Below, piece after piece: positions 47,029 through 56,745 of a stretch of 64,000 nucleotides of DNA. The notes beneath the pieces were generated by a model. That model was not told the origin of the DNA. It saw only the letters and a list, made by a program, of their open reading frames with translations, and did no database searches. Numbering within the stretch: the first letter of the stretch is position 1; each line of letters begins with the position of its first letter. The DNA is from Alphaproteobacteria bacterium (lineage in GTDB: Bacteria > Pseudomonadota > Alphaproteobacteria > Rs-D84): positions 9,197 through 73,196 of the forward strand of contig JAGCOR010000019.1 of assembly GCA_017642585.1 (NCBI GenBank). Direction: 5' to 3'. A program made the position numbers and the translations under genes.

Positions 47029-47211
47029 ATGGCTTATAAAATTGATGAAAATAAATGCATAGGTTGTCATTCTTGCATGGGGGCATGTCCTGCAATGGCT
47101 ATCGTGGACGCACCAAATGGCAAATGTATGATTGACAAGAAAAAATGTATGGGATGTGGCACATGCGCCAGTATTTGCCCAATGTCTGCAATCGCACCTG
47201 ATGCAGAATAG
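47029..47211 (+). CDS. 2x[4Fe-4S] ferredoxin, 60 aa
   Basis: CIGCHSCMGACP and CMGCGTCASICP are two CxxCxxCxxxCP clusters. Confidence 0.85.
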   Translation: MAYKIDENKCIGCHSCMGACPAMAIVDAPNGKCMIDKKKCMGCGTCASICPMSAIAPDAE

Positions 47212-47239
47212 TTGCAAATTAAAAAAAACGATATACAAT
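47212..47239 (+). promoter_or_regulatory. sigma70-like promoter of glyQS (TTGCAA, 16 nt, TACAAT)
   Basis: Hexamers read directly in the 63-nt gap before glyQS. Confidence 0.45.
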
Positions 47240-47274
47240 ATTGCTGATTTAATTAAGATTACAAGGGGTTTGTT

Positions 47275-48639
47275 ATGCCGGCAAAATCTGTTAATGACAT
47301 AGTTGCACTTTGCAAAAGACGTGGTTTTATTTTCACAGGTTCTGAAATTTATGGCGGAATGGGTGGAACATATGATTATGGTCCATACGGGGTTGAATTG
47401 ATGCGAAACATCCGCAATGCGTGGTGGAATGCTATGATTTATTCCAGAAACGATATCGAAGGTATGGACGCATCTGTTATTACCAACCGTTTAATGTGGA
47501 AATATTCTGGCCACGAAGGCAGTTTTTCAGACCCATTAGTCGAATGTAAAAAATGTGGTGCCCGCATGCGCCAGGATAAAATGAAAGATCCTACAAAATG
47601 CGATAACTGTGGCAGTACAGATATTACCGAACCACGTGCATATCAATTGATGATGGGATTATCGATTGGTGCAATGGCTAATGGTGAAATCAATGCATAT
47701 TTGCGTCCTGAAACAGCGACAACAACATATGTTAATTTCAAAAACGTGTTGGATTCTAAACCACATAAATTGCCTTTTGGAATTGCCCAGATTGGTAAAT
47801 CTTTCCGTAATGAAATATCACCACGCGGATTTGTTTTCCGTATGCGTGAATTTGAACAGGCTGAAATGCAATATTTCGTTAACCCAGCGGAAGATGAAAA
47901 ATATTTCGAATATTGGAAAAAAATGCGTCTGGCTTGGTGGGTTGATACAATGGGTATCCGCAGTGAAAAATTGCGTTTCAAACCACATGAAAAATTGGCT
48001 CATTATGCCAAGGCAGCGGTTGATATCGAATATGATTTCCCAGATGGATTTGATGAATTAGAAGGTGTTCACAACCGTCAAGATTTCGATTTGGGTTCAC
48101 ATACCAAGGGTCAAGATGAATTCAAATTGGCCGCACATGTTATGGAAAACAAAGATTCCACAACTAAATTGGCATACAGTGATGCCCAAACCGGCGAAAC
48201 ATTTATACCATATGTAATTGAAACCGCGATGGGTGTAAATCGTGCTATGTTGGCCGTTATGTTGGAAGCATACGAAGATGAAGACCTGGGCGACGGCAAA
48301 ACACGTACAGTGTTGAAATTGAAACCTTGGTTGGCACCTGTTAAAGCAGCGGTCATCCCATTGGTTCGCAATATTCCTGAAATCGTAGATTTATCCAACA
48401 AAATCGTTGAAGATTTGCGCAGATTGGGTATTGGAAAAATCGAATTGGAAAATTCTGGTAATATCGGTAAAAATTACCGCCGTCATGATGAAATTGGAAC
48501 ACCCGTATGTATAACGGTTGACCATCAAACATTGGAAGATGGCACTGTAACATTGCGTTATCGTGATTCAATGGAACAAATCAGAATTAACAAAGATGAT
48601 GTTGTTAAATCTGTTTTGGACATAGTAAATCAAAAATAA
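47275..48639 (+). CDS. glyQS: glycine--tRNA ligase, single-chain dimeric (GlyQS) type
   Basis: The N-terminal KRRGFIFTGSEIYGGMGGTYDYGPYGVELMRNIRNAWW is typical of this enzyme. A class II core and a C-terminal anticodon-binding domain follow. Confidence 0.9.
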   Translation: MPAKSVNDIVALCKRRGFIFTGSEIYGGMGGTYDYGPYGVELMRNIRNAWWNAMIYSRNDIEGMDASVITNRLMWKYSGHEGSFSDPLVECKKCGARMRQDKMKDPTKCDNCGSTDITEPRAYQLMMGLSIGAMANGEINAYLRPETATTTYVNFKNVLDSKPHKLPFGIAQIGKSFRNEISPRGFVFRMREFEQAEMQYFVNPAEDEKYFEYWKKMRLAWWVDTMGIRSEKLRFKPHEKLAHYAKAAVDIEYDFPDGFDELEGVHNRQDFDLGSHTKGQDEFKLAAHVMENKDSTTKLAYSDAQTGETFIPYVIETAMGVNRAMLAVMLEAYEDEDLGDGKTRTVLKLKPWLAPVKAAVIPLVRNIPEIVDLSNKIVEDLRRLGIGKIELENSGNIGKNYRRHDEIGTPVCITVDHQTLEDGTVTLRYRDSMEQIRINKDDVVKSVLDIVNQK

Positions 48640-48647
48640 ATTAAAAA

Positions 48648-48670
48648 CCGCCGATTTGGCGGTTTTTTTT
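48648..48670. terminator. bidirectional terminator between glyQS and the convergent gene
   Basis: AAAAA-CCGCC-gattt-GGCGG-TTTTTTTT. Confidence 0.7.
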
Positions 48671-48672
48671 AT

Positions 48673-49266
48673 TTAAGCGGCACGTTGATTTTCGTTTTCT
48701 AATTGCATTTGCAAAATCATCAACATTTTTTTATGTGCCTTTTCTTTGGCTTCTTCAAATGATTTTGCACCGAATTGCTTTTCTGGTGTTTTTTGTGGCA
48801 TAAATTCTTTGTACATTTGATTCATTTTCTGCATGGAAATATTGAAATCGTCCGTTGCCAATTTTTCCCATTCTTTCACCCAATCGGCCTTCACAGGTAA
48901 CGTGTCGTCCGCAAATTCATCCTCCATATTCACTTCGGAAATATCCCTGCGGTATTGATTATCCAACGCATGCAGATATTTATTCATTGGGTGTTCGGGA
49001 TTCGATTTAGATTTTACATACGCAGACATTTGTTCCAATGCTTTTTGTCTTGCCACACCCAATTTTAAACCGCGACACCAATTAACGACAACCAACCCAG
49101 AAAACATCTTACTAAAATTAACAGAAATTTGTTTTTGTTGTTCTTTGGTTAATTCTAATTTTGAATCTTTTTTATCACCATTTATCATCAAAATGCGTTG
49201 TTTGACATCTGGATTTGATAAAATTTTATTTCTTTCAAAATCTGACAAATATCTGTTCATCATCAT
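48673..49266 (-). CDS. hypothetical protein, 197 aa
   Basis: Intact ORF with an AAGGGGGA RBS. No recognised domain. Confidence 0.55.
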   Translation of the reverse strand: MMMNRYLSDFERNKILSNPDVKQRILMINGDKKDSKLELTKEQQKQISVNFSKMFSGLVVVNWCRGLKLGVARQKALEQMSAYVKSKSNPEHPMNKYLHALDNQYRRDISEVNMEDEFADDTLPVKADWVKEWEKLATDDFNISMQKMNQMYKEFMPQKTPEKQFGAKSFEEAKEKAHKKMLMILQMQLENENQRAA

Positions 49267-49421
49267 GGCATCCCCCTTTGGTTTTTATTGGGTTCCCACA
49301 CTCTCAATGTTTATATAGTGTTCGTGCTTGCATATTTCAAGCCAGGTGTCAAGACAATTTATATTTTGACATGTGTCCCATAATGTATAACAATAACACA
49401 GTTATATCGCAAAGCGTACTG

Positions 49422-49471
49422 TTGCCAATAATGGGTGGTATGGATATAACGCCAATCTTGCCAATAATGGG
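49422..49471 (+). repeat. direct repeat TTGCCAATAATGGG x2 (period 36 nt) upstream of an OMP gene
   Basis: Identical 14-mers at 49422-49435 and 49458-49471. The second copy ends 33 nt before the ATG at 49505. Confidence 0.6.
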
Positions 49472-49504
49472 GGTTGGTTATTTCATCAAACAAAGGAGTA
49501 TCGG

Positions 49505-50563
49505 ATGAAAAAATCTTTGAAAGGTTTGATTGCAATTACCGCATCAGTAATTACTACGGGTGCATTTGCATCATCAAACATTGAAAATCCACTTTACATG
49601 CCTAAAAACCGTGAAGTGTATTTAAAAACTGGGGCCGCAATGATGTATAAAACGGTCGAAAAAACACAAGCCACTGAAAAGAAAGGCACAGACGGAAATC
49701 TGGAATTTCCTGTATGGCGCTTTACTGGCGATATTGGTTACGGTATCACAGACAGATTGGACGTTCACGGACATTTTGGATATACCAAAGACGGCGAAAT
49801 TGACCGCAAAGGAATGCACCGTGGCCGTATCGGTTTGATGTATCGTGTATTAGAAGACAGCGATCCATTTGTTTTAGATTTATATGGTGACGCATATTTA
49901 TCTGGTGTTACCCCTATGAAGGGCACATACACAGCCAAAGGATTTGATTTTGCAAATTATTCCAATGGCCGTTGGGGTGCAATTGTTGGAACACGTTTCG
50001 GTAAAACATGGGACAATTTCACATTGGGCGCACATGTCGAATATTTGCAAACATTTGGAAACCATAACAACAAAATCGGCATTGATCCTGCTTTAAGACC
50101 TTTGTATGGTAATCCATTGGTTCCATCTATGTTGTGGGGAACAACAATGACTCAACTGGGCTTTCCAGATGAAATTTCTGTTGATCTGAAATCAACACAC
50201 GAAACAGTTGCTGGGTTTGATGCAATGTATCAAATGGATGAAAAATGGTCATTTGGTGCCGGATTTGAATACATTGAACACTATGACAATGGTGTGAAAA
50301 GTATTCACACAAAGTTAAGAGAAGTATCTGCCCCGTACAACACATTACAACAAAGTGTTGTCGATGGCTTGTTAGCAACAACCAAAGACATGAACGATGG
50401 TTGGGATGAATACGTAATCAAAACCAGTGCATCATATCAATATACTGACGATATGCAATTCACAGTATTTTTTGAATACACATTTGATGACGCGCATGTT
50501 CAATCTCAAAATGCGACAGATGTCAAAGCAGAATTGGGTGTTCGTATGAATGCAAGATTCTAA
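49505..50563 (+). CDS. outer-membrane beta-barrel protein
   Basis: Signal peptide (…TGAFA|SS), alternating aromatic/hydrophilic strands and a C-terminal Phe (…MNARF). Confidence 0.7.
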   Translation: MKKSLKGLIAITASVITTGAFASSNIENPLYMPKNREVYLKTGAAMMYKTVEKTQATEKKGTDGNLEFPVWRFTGDIGYGITDRLDVHGHFGYTKDGEIDRKGMHRGRIGLMYRVLEDSDPFVLDLYGDAYLSGVTPMKGTYTAKGFDFANYSNGRWGAIVGTRFGKTWDNFTLGAHVEYLQTFGNHNNKIGIDPALRPLYGNPLVPSMLWGTTMTQLGFPDEISVDLKSTHETVAGFDAMYQMDEKWSFGAGFEYIEHYDNGVKSIHTKLREVSAPYNTLQQSVVDGLLATTKDMNDGWDEYVIKTSASYQYTDDMQFTVFFEYTFDDAHVQSQNATDVKAELGVRMNARF

Positions 50564-50599
50564 AAGAAAATAAAATAAAAAAAACTTATATTGGACAAT

Positions 50600-50626
50600 T
50601 TGCACCCCACGGGGTGCAATTTTTTA
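50600..50626 (+). terminator. rho-independent terminator
   Basis: TTGCACCCC-ac-GGGGTGCAA followed by TTTTTT. Confidence 0.7.
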
Positions 50627-50662
50627 TTACATAAAATGTTTTTAACGCTTTTTTTAAGGGTC

Positions 50663-50678
50663 AATTTATGATATAATA
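50663..50678 (+). promoter_or_regulatory. extended -10 promoter element AATTTATGATATAATA
   Basis: TGaTATAAT is an extended -10. An identical 16-mer occurs upstream of the OMP gene at 61786. Confidence 0.55.
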
Positions 50679-50702
50679 TCCACAAAGGGATTTAGAGAGA
50701 AG

Positions 50703-51848
50703 ATGAAAAAAGTCAGTTTTCTTGCGACTTTCATGGGCTTGGTGTCGTTATCGCCATTCGTGGCTGATGCCGCATATCCTGTCTATAATCCAACCGCATT
50801 AGCACGCCAGGGCTATGTTATCAATACACAACAATACCCTGTGCAACAAAATCAAATGATGCGTATGCAGGGTCCAACAAACATAACCCCGCAACAATTG
50901 GCATCAGCGTCGGCTGCTAATGGTCGCCCTATGATTGCTGCAACAAACCCAAATCGCGTAACGGGTGCATTGCCAAAGGTTGGATCTTCTGCGACAAATG
51001 CGGGGCGTCAATATTATCAATCTTCTGATTATAACCGTTTGGCTGAAAGTGGCCTGTATGTCGGTTTGTCTGCTGGATACAGCACTATGATTAAGGGTCA
51101 AATGAGTGCAGATTATGCTGGCGAAGATAAATCATTTTTAGCACCGGGTTCATTCCGTCCATCTGATTTCCAGAAAGATACGGTTATCCCATTTCAAGTT
51201 TCTGTCGGTGCCGCAATCAGTTCTGATGTCCGTGTTGATTTCTCTTTCTTAAGATATTCTGGCCTGTCATATGCTGACAATGTCCAAACATCTACTGGTG
51301 ATGGATTTACTGATGCAACTGTCAGTGGTGGTGCCATAACGGCCAGTGCGACCATGTTAAATGTATATTATAATATTGATTCATTTACTGGATATATGGT
51401 TGGCGGAAATTTACGTCCATATGTTGGTGCGGGAGTTGGTATGTCTTTGAATACAATTGCTGACTATGTTGTTTTTGATAGTGGTTTTTATGATGAAACT
51501 GGTGGTTTGGGTCCCAGCAGTGTTCCTGCGGGTGATTTGACTGCTGTGTCTGATATTTATGGTTATCATAACGGCGGAACAATGGAACAATTGGCTTTCA
51601 TGCTGGAAGGTGGTGTTACAACAGATATGAACGATGGCTTGAAATTAGATTTCTTTGTCAGATATGCTAATTTGGGTAAAGTTAAAACATCTGGTTCTAT
51701 CGTTGTTTCCCAAACAGAATGGTTAAGTGATGGTGGTGACGGTGAATACGAAGCGCCATATGACAGTGTATTCCATTATACAAACTGGTTTGAAAGTGCC
51801 AGATTAAGTGCCGTAGACGTTGGTGTCAGATTAAGATTAGAATTTTAA
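50703..51848 (+). CDS. outer-membrane beta-barrel protein
   Basis: Signal peptide (…FVADA|AY), beta-strand periodicity and a C-terminal …LRLEF. Confidence 0.7.
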   Translation: MKKVSFLATFMGLVSLSPFVADAAYPVYNPTALARQGYVINTQQYPVQQNQMMRMQGPTNITPQQLASASAANGRPMIAATNPNRVTGALPKVGSSATNAGRQYYQSSDYNRLAESGLYVGLSAGYSTMIKGQMSADYAGEDKSFLAPGSFRPSDFQKDTVIPFQVSVGAAISSDVRVDFSFLRYSGLSYADNVQTSTGDGFTDATVSGGAITASATMLNVYYNIDSFTGYMVGGNLRPYVGAGVGMSLNTIADYVVFDSGFYDETGGLGPSSVPAGDLTAVSDIYGYHNGGTMEQLAFMLEGGVTTDMNDGLKLDFFVRYANLGKVKTSGSIVVSQTEWLSDGGDGEYEAPYDSVFHYTNWFESARLSAVDVGVRLRLEF

Positions 51849-51885
51849 TTTGTAACACCAGATAATAATTGTTAGGTTGCGATAA

Positions 51886-53721
51886 ATGAAAAATAAAATA
51901 TGTAAAATATCTTTATTTTCTGCTATTTTGGCCTGTTTAGTCGGTCAAGATGCCCTCGCACGTGTAAATGTTAAAAAGGCAGGTGCGGGAAATTATGCAT
52001 CTGCATACAACCAGGTTAATGCTGTAAGACAACAAGCAGCCTATATGGAAGAACAACAATATCTTGCCACAACGGCCAGTGCCACAGACAACCTGCCCGT
52101 CGCAGTGGATGATCCAGAATTGGCACGCAGTATTATGGATAACACATCTACGATGGTATCTGCTGTTGATTTGGATAATTGTTCAATGATATATCCAAAC
52201 GGTGTATTTAAATGGGGTGTTCCAGAATCTGGAATTCGCAAAACACCTGCTCAACAATGTATTGCTGTGGTTGAATTAAGGGATGCTAATTCAAATACCG
52301 TGTTGGCTACGACAACTTTGGCTGCGGGTGATTCATTGAAATGTAATATTGATTCTTTCCCAGAAGCTGGTTGGGAAAATGCTTTGGGCAAAGTTGAGTT
52401 GCCTGCTGACGAAGCTCCAACAATGGCGGATGCCGAAGCGGCTTTGAACCAAGAACAAAAACAAAATGCTGGCATTAAAATTGCTGCTGCTGCATTGGTT
52501 GGCGGATTGGCCGGTAATTTCTTGGGACCAAAAGAAGCAGGCCAAACCAAAATGTTAGGAACTGGCAAAGGACAATTAACCAGCACTGCAATTGGTGCCG
52601 TGGGCGCAGCGGGCATTATGGCGGCCAGTACTTATTCCGGTAAAGTTGCTGGTGATACAATTAAATCGACGGCTGTAAATGCTGCCGCTGGGGCTGTTGT
52701 GGGGAATATGGCCGCTGGTGCAAGTGGTGGCGAAGCGGTACTGGAAATCAAAAAATGTAAGATTAAACCTGCAGGTTCTGCCAATACAGGAACAAACGCA
52801 CAATCAAAAGGCGCATCATCCAGTCAAAGCGAAATCGAATTAGATTGTATACCTGGTAAATTGCGTAAATCTGGCGAAAGCGAATTATACAGATACACCC
52901 AGAATGCAACAGAGGTTCACGTCATCAACTACAAAGGCGAAGTACGTACAATTACACTTAATGCAGATCGCACCATCAACGATGAATACACAAATAAACC
53001 AAGTGATTTCTTAACCAATATGTACATAGGTGGCAAAGCAAAATCAGAAATGAAAAACACTGATTGGGAAAATTTGTCAGTATGTTATAGATACAATCCA
53101 GAGGCTGATAGAAACGAACGAAAATGGTCATATGTGAGTAATTGTACAGGCAAACAAAACGATCCAAATGTGTTCTATATCATAGATTCTGGTAACATGG
53201 GGCAAGATATCCGTGCATATGCTGTATTTGATACCCATATATCAGACAAGATGTTTGGTTGGAAACTCAGTGATTGGGAAGAATTCCAACAACAATATCA
53301 ACCATCGGCATATTACCAACGTAATTCTGATGGCAGTGTTGGTTCGTTCATAGAATACAGAATCGCCATAGATAAAACGACCAACCAAGAAGTCCAAAAT
53401 AAAAGCGACCAATTAAATTTCCGTCCTGTGGGGCGTGATGCCGAAGACGGTGGTTTGGTTGATATGACAAACAAAGCACGTATGAAAGGCACATTAACAG
53501 GCGCTGGCGTTGGTGGTGCTTTGGGTGGATTCACGGGATATCAAGGCGCAAAACAAGAAGTTATAGAACGTTGGGAAGCTGCAACTCGTGAATATAATGA
53601 TTCATTGACCAATTTCTATTGCGCAACTGGAAAACGTTTCTTGTCTTCATATAATTCGTACGCAGAAATTCCATCTATGTCGGTGGTAACCCAAACGCAA
53701 CAGCAACAAACTCAACAATAA
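51886..53721 (+). CDS. secreted protein with Gly/Ala-rich (glycine-zipper-like) segments, 611 aa
   Basis: Signal peptide (…GQDALA|R). Segments include GAVGAAGIMAAS, AAGAVVGNMAAGASGG and GAGVGGALGGFTG. The tail is Q-rich. Confidence 0.6.
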   Translation: MKNKICKISLFSAILACLVGQDALARVNVKKAGAGNYASAYNQVNAVRQQAAYMEEQQYLATTASATDNLPVAVDDPELARSIMDNTSTMVSAVDLDNCSMIYPNGVFKWGVPESGIRKTPAQQCIAVVELRDANSNTVLATTTLAAGDSLKCNIDSFPEAGWENALGKVELPADEAPTMADAEAALNQEQKQNAGIKIAAAALVGGLAGNFLGPKEAGQTKMLGTGKGQLTSTAIGAVGAAGIMAASTYSGKVAGDTIKSTAVNAAAGAVVGNMAAGASGGEAVLEIKKCKIKPAGSANTGTNAQSKGASSSQSEIELDCIPGKLRKSGESELYRYTQNATEVHVINYKGEVRTITLNADRTINDEYTNKPSDFLTNMYIGGKAKSEMKNTDWENLSVCYRYNPEADRNERKWSYVSNCTGKQNDPNVFYIIDSGNMGQDIRAYAVFDTHISDKMFGWKLSDWEEFQQQYQPSAYYQRNSDGSVGSFIEYRIAIDKTTNQEVQNKSDQLNFRPVGRDAEDGGLVDMTNKARMKGTLTGAGVGGALGGFTGYQGAKQEVIERWEAATREYNDSLTNFYCATGKRFLSSYNSYAEIPSMSVVTQTQQQQTQQ

Positions 53722-53727
53722 AAAAAA

Positions 53728-53746
53728 CGCCAATTTGGCGTTTTTT
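53728..53746. terminator. bidirectional terminator
   Basis: AAAAAAA-CGCCA-att-TGGCG-TTTTTT between convergent genes. Confidence 0.7.
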
Positions 53747-54989
53747 ATTTATGTTTATAAGCCAAAACCAATGGCACAAATTTATCCTTGTATTGTTGCG
53801 GTATTTTTTCAACTGGAATCAAAATCGAATTATGTTGTCCCGCAGACATCTTTTGTAATTGTTCGCCATTTTTTGCGTTTATAATTTTATCCATAACAAT
53901 GGAAACCTTTTCATTTACATTTGGTAAAATGAATTTGATTGCATCGCCTTGGTTTATTTCATTACGCAATTCAAATATTATATTTTTATCATCAACATTT
54001 GTAATTACACCCGCCGCGTGCCAATCAGACGATGAACGTGTTGTATTATAATCGTGCGCGTCTGGTGGTAATGGGCCATCAAAAAATGCGGTTGTATATC
54101 CACGTGATTCCAACACATTTAAATCATCCATAAATGGCTGGGGATCAAAATGTTCGGGATCTTTGGCATATGCATCCAACGCATTACGATATGCACGTGT
54201 CACAGAACCTACATAATATTCACTGCGATTGCGCCCTTCTATTTTCAAAGAATCAGGATGTGATTCTATGACCTCTTTCAATCGAGGCATCAAACACAAA
54301 TCTTTGGAATTCATAATGTATGCACCACGGTCATCTTCTTCGATAGGCATTTCAATACCTGTTTCGACTTCACGTAAAATTACATCATATTTCCAACGAC
54401 ATAATTGGGCACACGCGCCACGATTTGACGGACGACCTGTGATAAAATTAGACAGCAAACACCGCCCAGAATAAGACATACACATTGCCCCATGCACAAA
54501 TATTTCCAACCCGATATCTGGGCATTTTTCACGAATAGATTTAAATTCATTATGTGAAACTTCACGTGCCAAAACACATTGCACTGCCCCGGCCTGTTGC
54601 CAGAATTTCACAGTTGCCGCAGAACATATATTTGCCTGGGTCGATATATGAATTGGAATGTCGGGATGATTTTGCTTAACCCACATTAAAACACCTGCAT
54701 CAGATATAATTAACGCATCAGGTTTTAAATAATTCAAAACTTCGGAAACACGTGGCATATTTTCATAATCGCGATCATGGGCGAATAAATTAAAAGCCAA
54801 ATAAACCTTTTTGCCATGTGCATGTGCAAAATCTATACCCTGCTTTACTTCATCCACAGTAATTTTTGCACGTGCCCGCATAGAAAACCCTGGCAATCCC
54901 GCATATATCGCATCTGCGCCGTATAAAATAGCGGTTTTAAACGCATCCAACGTGCCACCAGGCGCCAAAAGTTCAGGTAATTTTATCAT
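53745..54989 (-). CDS. peptidase U32 family protein
   Basis: EIFVHGAMCMSYSGRCLLS matches the U32 signature E-x-F-x-H-G-A-M-C-x4-G-x-C-x-L-S. Confidence 0.85.
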   Translation of the reverse strand: MIKLPELLAPGGTLDAFKTAILYGADAIYAGLPGFSMRARAKITVDEVKQGIDFAHAHGKKVYLAFNLFAHDRDYENMPRVSEVLNYLKPDALIISDAGVLMWVKQNHPDIPIHISTQANICSAATVKFWQQAGAVQCVLAREVSHNEFKSIREKCPDIGLEIFVHGAMCMSYSGRCLLSNFITGRPSNRGACAQLCRWKYDVILREVETGIEMPIEEDDRGAYIMNSKDLCLMPRLKEVIESHPDSLKIEGRNRSEYYVGSVTRAYRNALDAYAKDPEHFDPQPFMDDLNVLESRGYTTAFFDGPLPPDAHDYNTTRSSSDWHAAGVITNVDDKNIIFELRNEINQGDAIKFILPNVNEKVSIVMDKIINAKNGEQLQKMSAGQHNSILIPVEKIPQQYKDKFVPLVLAYKHK

Positions 54990-55114
54990 AATATATCCTG
55001 TATTTTTTCCAAAAAGACTCTATCAAATAAAAACATATTTTCAAGATTTTATTCGCGATTTTATACGAAAATGATATCTGAAAACATATAAATGAAAAAA
55101 ATTCTATTTTTTAC

Positions 55115-55143
55115 TTGAAAAAGATTTCAATTACATATATTAT
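55115..55143 (+). promoter_or_regulatory. sigma70-like promoter of tRNA-Thr (TTGAAA, 17 nt, TATTAT)
   Basis: Hexamers read directly. The -10 box ends 12 nt before the first tRNA nucleotide. Confidence 0.5.
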
Positions 55144-55155
55144 ATGCGTTGCATC

Positions 55156-55231
55156 GCCGGTTTAGCTCAGCTGGTAGAGCATCTGATTTGTAATCAGAGG
55201 GTCGTTGGTTCAAGTCCGACAACCGGCACCA
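55156..55231 (+). tRNA. tRNA-Thr (anticodon UGU), 76 nt, CCA encoded
   Basis: GCCGGTT acceptor, D-arm AGCTCAGCTGGTAGAGC, anticodon stem-loop TCTGA-TTTGTAA-TCAGA, T-arm GGTTCAAGTCC and an ACCA end. Confidence 0.9.
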
Positions 55232-55239
55232 CAAATTAA

Positions 55240-55263
55240 AGCCACAATATGTGGCTTTTTTTA
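55240..55263 (+). terminator. rho-independent terminator after tRNA-Thr
   Basis: AGCCAC-aatat-GTGGCT followed by TTTTTT. Confidence 0.65.
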
Positions 55264-55307
55264 TTACAAACATAAACAAAAGTGCCGTTTTGAACAGCAC
55301 TTTTATA

Positions 55308-56036
55308 TTATTCATTGTTTTTGTTTTTTTCACTTTCTTCTTGAACCGCATTTGCAACAGATTCTATCTGTAACAACTGGTTTTCCAATGCAGCGCGTTC
55401 AGATGATTTATATCCTGTTTCTGCTTCTTCTTTTGTATCTTTATCTGCTGATTGTTTTTTCACTGCAGGATTTATTAAATTGTCATATATCTTTTTGGCC
55501 TCTTTCGCACCGGTCATATCGCGTTGTAACAATTTGTTGTTACCAAAGAAGAACCATTCATCCAATTTAACCGCGGTTAATTGCATCACAGGACGTGTTT
55601 TTGCATTTGCAACCCAACCAGGCAATCCAGTTGGAACATCGGAATAATACCACAACAATCCCCAGTAAATAAATCCCATAACAATAACACCGCGAATAAT
55701 ACCAAATATTACCCCCAATGTTTTATCAGTTACGGATAAAATACTGTCTTTGATTTTATCGCGTACTTTTTGATTTATAAAACCAACAGCGACCAAAATC
55801 ACAAAAAACACTATGAAATAAGACGCAACCAATGTCCCAACAGTTGATTCAGGTAATTTGAACCAACCCTGCAACATTTTATCCAAATAAGGTGATGCGA
55901 AACGCGCAGCAAACGCAGAAATCACCCAAGACATTGTTGCGATTGTTTCGTATATTCCACCACGCACTGTTGCCCAAATGGTTGAACCAATAGCTATTAA
56001 AACATAACCATAATCTAACCAAGTTAAATCCAACAT
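55308..56036 (-). CDS. cvpA: CvpA family membrane protein with a charged C-terminal extension
   Basis: The N-terminal pattern (LDYGYVLIAIGSTIWATVRGGIYE) and four hydrophobic segments are as in CvpA. The length (242 aa) exceeds the typical size. Confidence 0.7.
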   Translation of the reverse strand: MLDLTWLDYGYVLIAIGSTIWATVRGGIYETIATMSWVISAFAARFASPYLDKMLQGWFKLPESTVGTLVASYFIVFFVILVAVGFINQKVRDKIKDSILSVTDKTLGVIFGIIRGVIVMGFIYWGLLWYYSDVPTGLPGWVANAKTRPVMQLTAVKLDEWFFFGNNKLLQRDMTGAKEAKKIYDNLINPAVKKQSADKDTKEEAETGYKSSERAALENQLLQIESVANAVQEESEKNKNNE

Positions 56037-56054
56037 AACGTTTTCCTATGTTTT

Positions 56055-56627
56055 TTATTTTTGTTTTTTGAACAATACAACCAACAAACCAACTAACAAT
56101 ACCCCGAACAATCCAAACAAAATAACATCTGTTGGATCAGAAGCAGGTTTCTTAACGCCTACTTTTTTTTTTGGACTGTTATTGTTTACTTTTTCAATCA
56201 CAGCGCTTTTTCTGTCGGCATGTTTTGCAACGAAATCATCTTTGTTTTTATCAAATTCTTTTTTATTTGCAGTTGCTTGTTTCTTTTGATCTGCTGTTAA
56301 ATCAACTTCTATGGCAGAACGAATATCTTTCTGCATAGAATCACCATATCCCTGGAAACATTTTTCACCAACAACAATCACAGGAACTCCACCGCTTTCG
56401 TATTCACATTTTTTCAAAGTATCGAAAAATTCTTGACGATTTTTTTCGTCCATTACATTAACTTCCACAACTTTCATTGTATCATATTCATAAATCGCTT
56501 CGTTTTCAAAGAAATCGCGTGCATGATGACAATGTGGACATGTTGGCGAATAATAAATAGTTACATCCGCAGCATTCGCAACAGAAATTAAACCCATAAA
56601 TAAGAAAGCAAATTTTAATATTTTCAT
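56055..56627 (-). CDS. exported glutaredoxin/thioredoxin-fold protein (CPHC) with a C-terminal TM anchor
   Basis: Signal peptide MKILKFAFLFMGLISVANA, active site CPHC, GVPVIVVGEKCFQGY, and a terminal hydrophobic helix. The upstream ORF extension was rejected. Confidence 0.7.
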   Translation of the reverse strand: MKILKFAFLFMGLISVANAADVTIYYSPTCPHCHHARDFFENEAIYEYDTMKVVEVNVMDEKNRQEFFDTLKKCEYESGGVPVIVVGEKCFQGYGDSMQKDIRSAIEVDLTADQKKQATANKKEFDKNKDDFVAKHADRKSAVIEKVNNNSPKKKVGVKKPASDPTDVILFGLFGVLLVGLLVVLFKKQK

Positions 56628-56745
56628 ATATATCCCCTTTTCTTGTTCCTTGACCAGAAAGATTATAGAAATAACCTTTGTATAAAAGCAAGTGTTTTTT
56701 ATTTTCTCTTGCTTAAAAAAATCAAAGTATATAAAATATTTTTGG

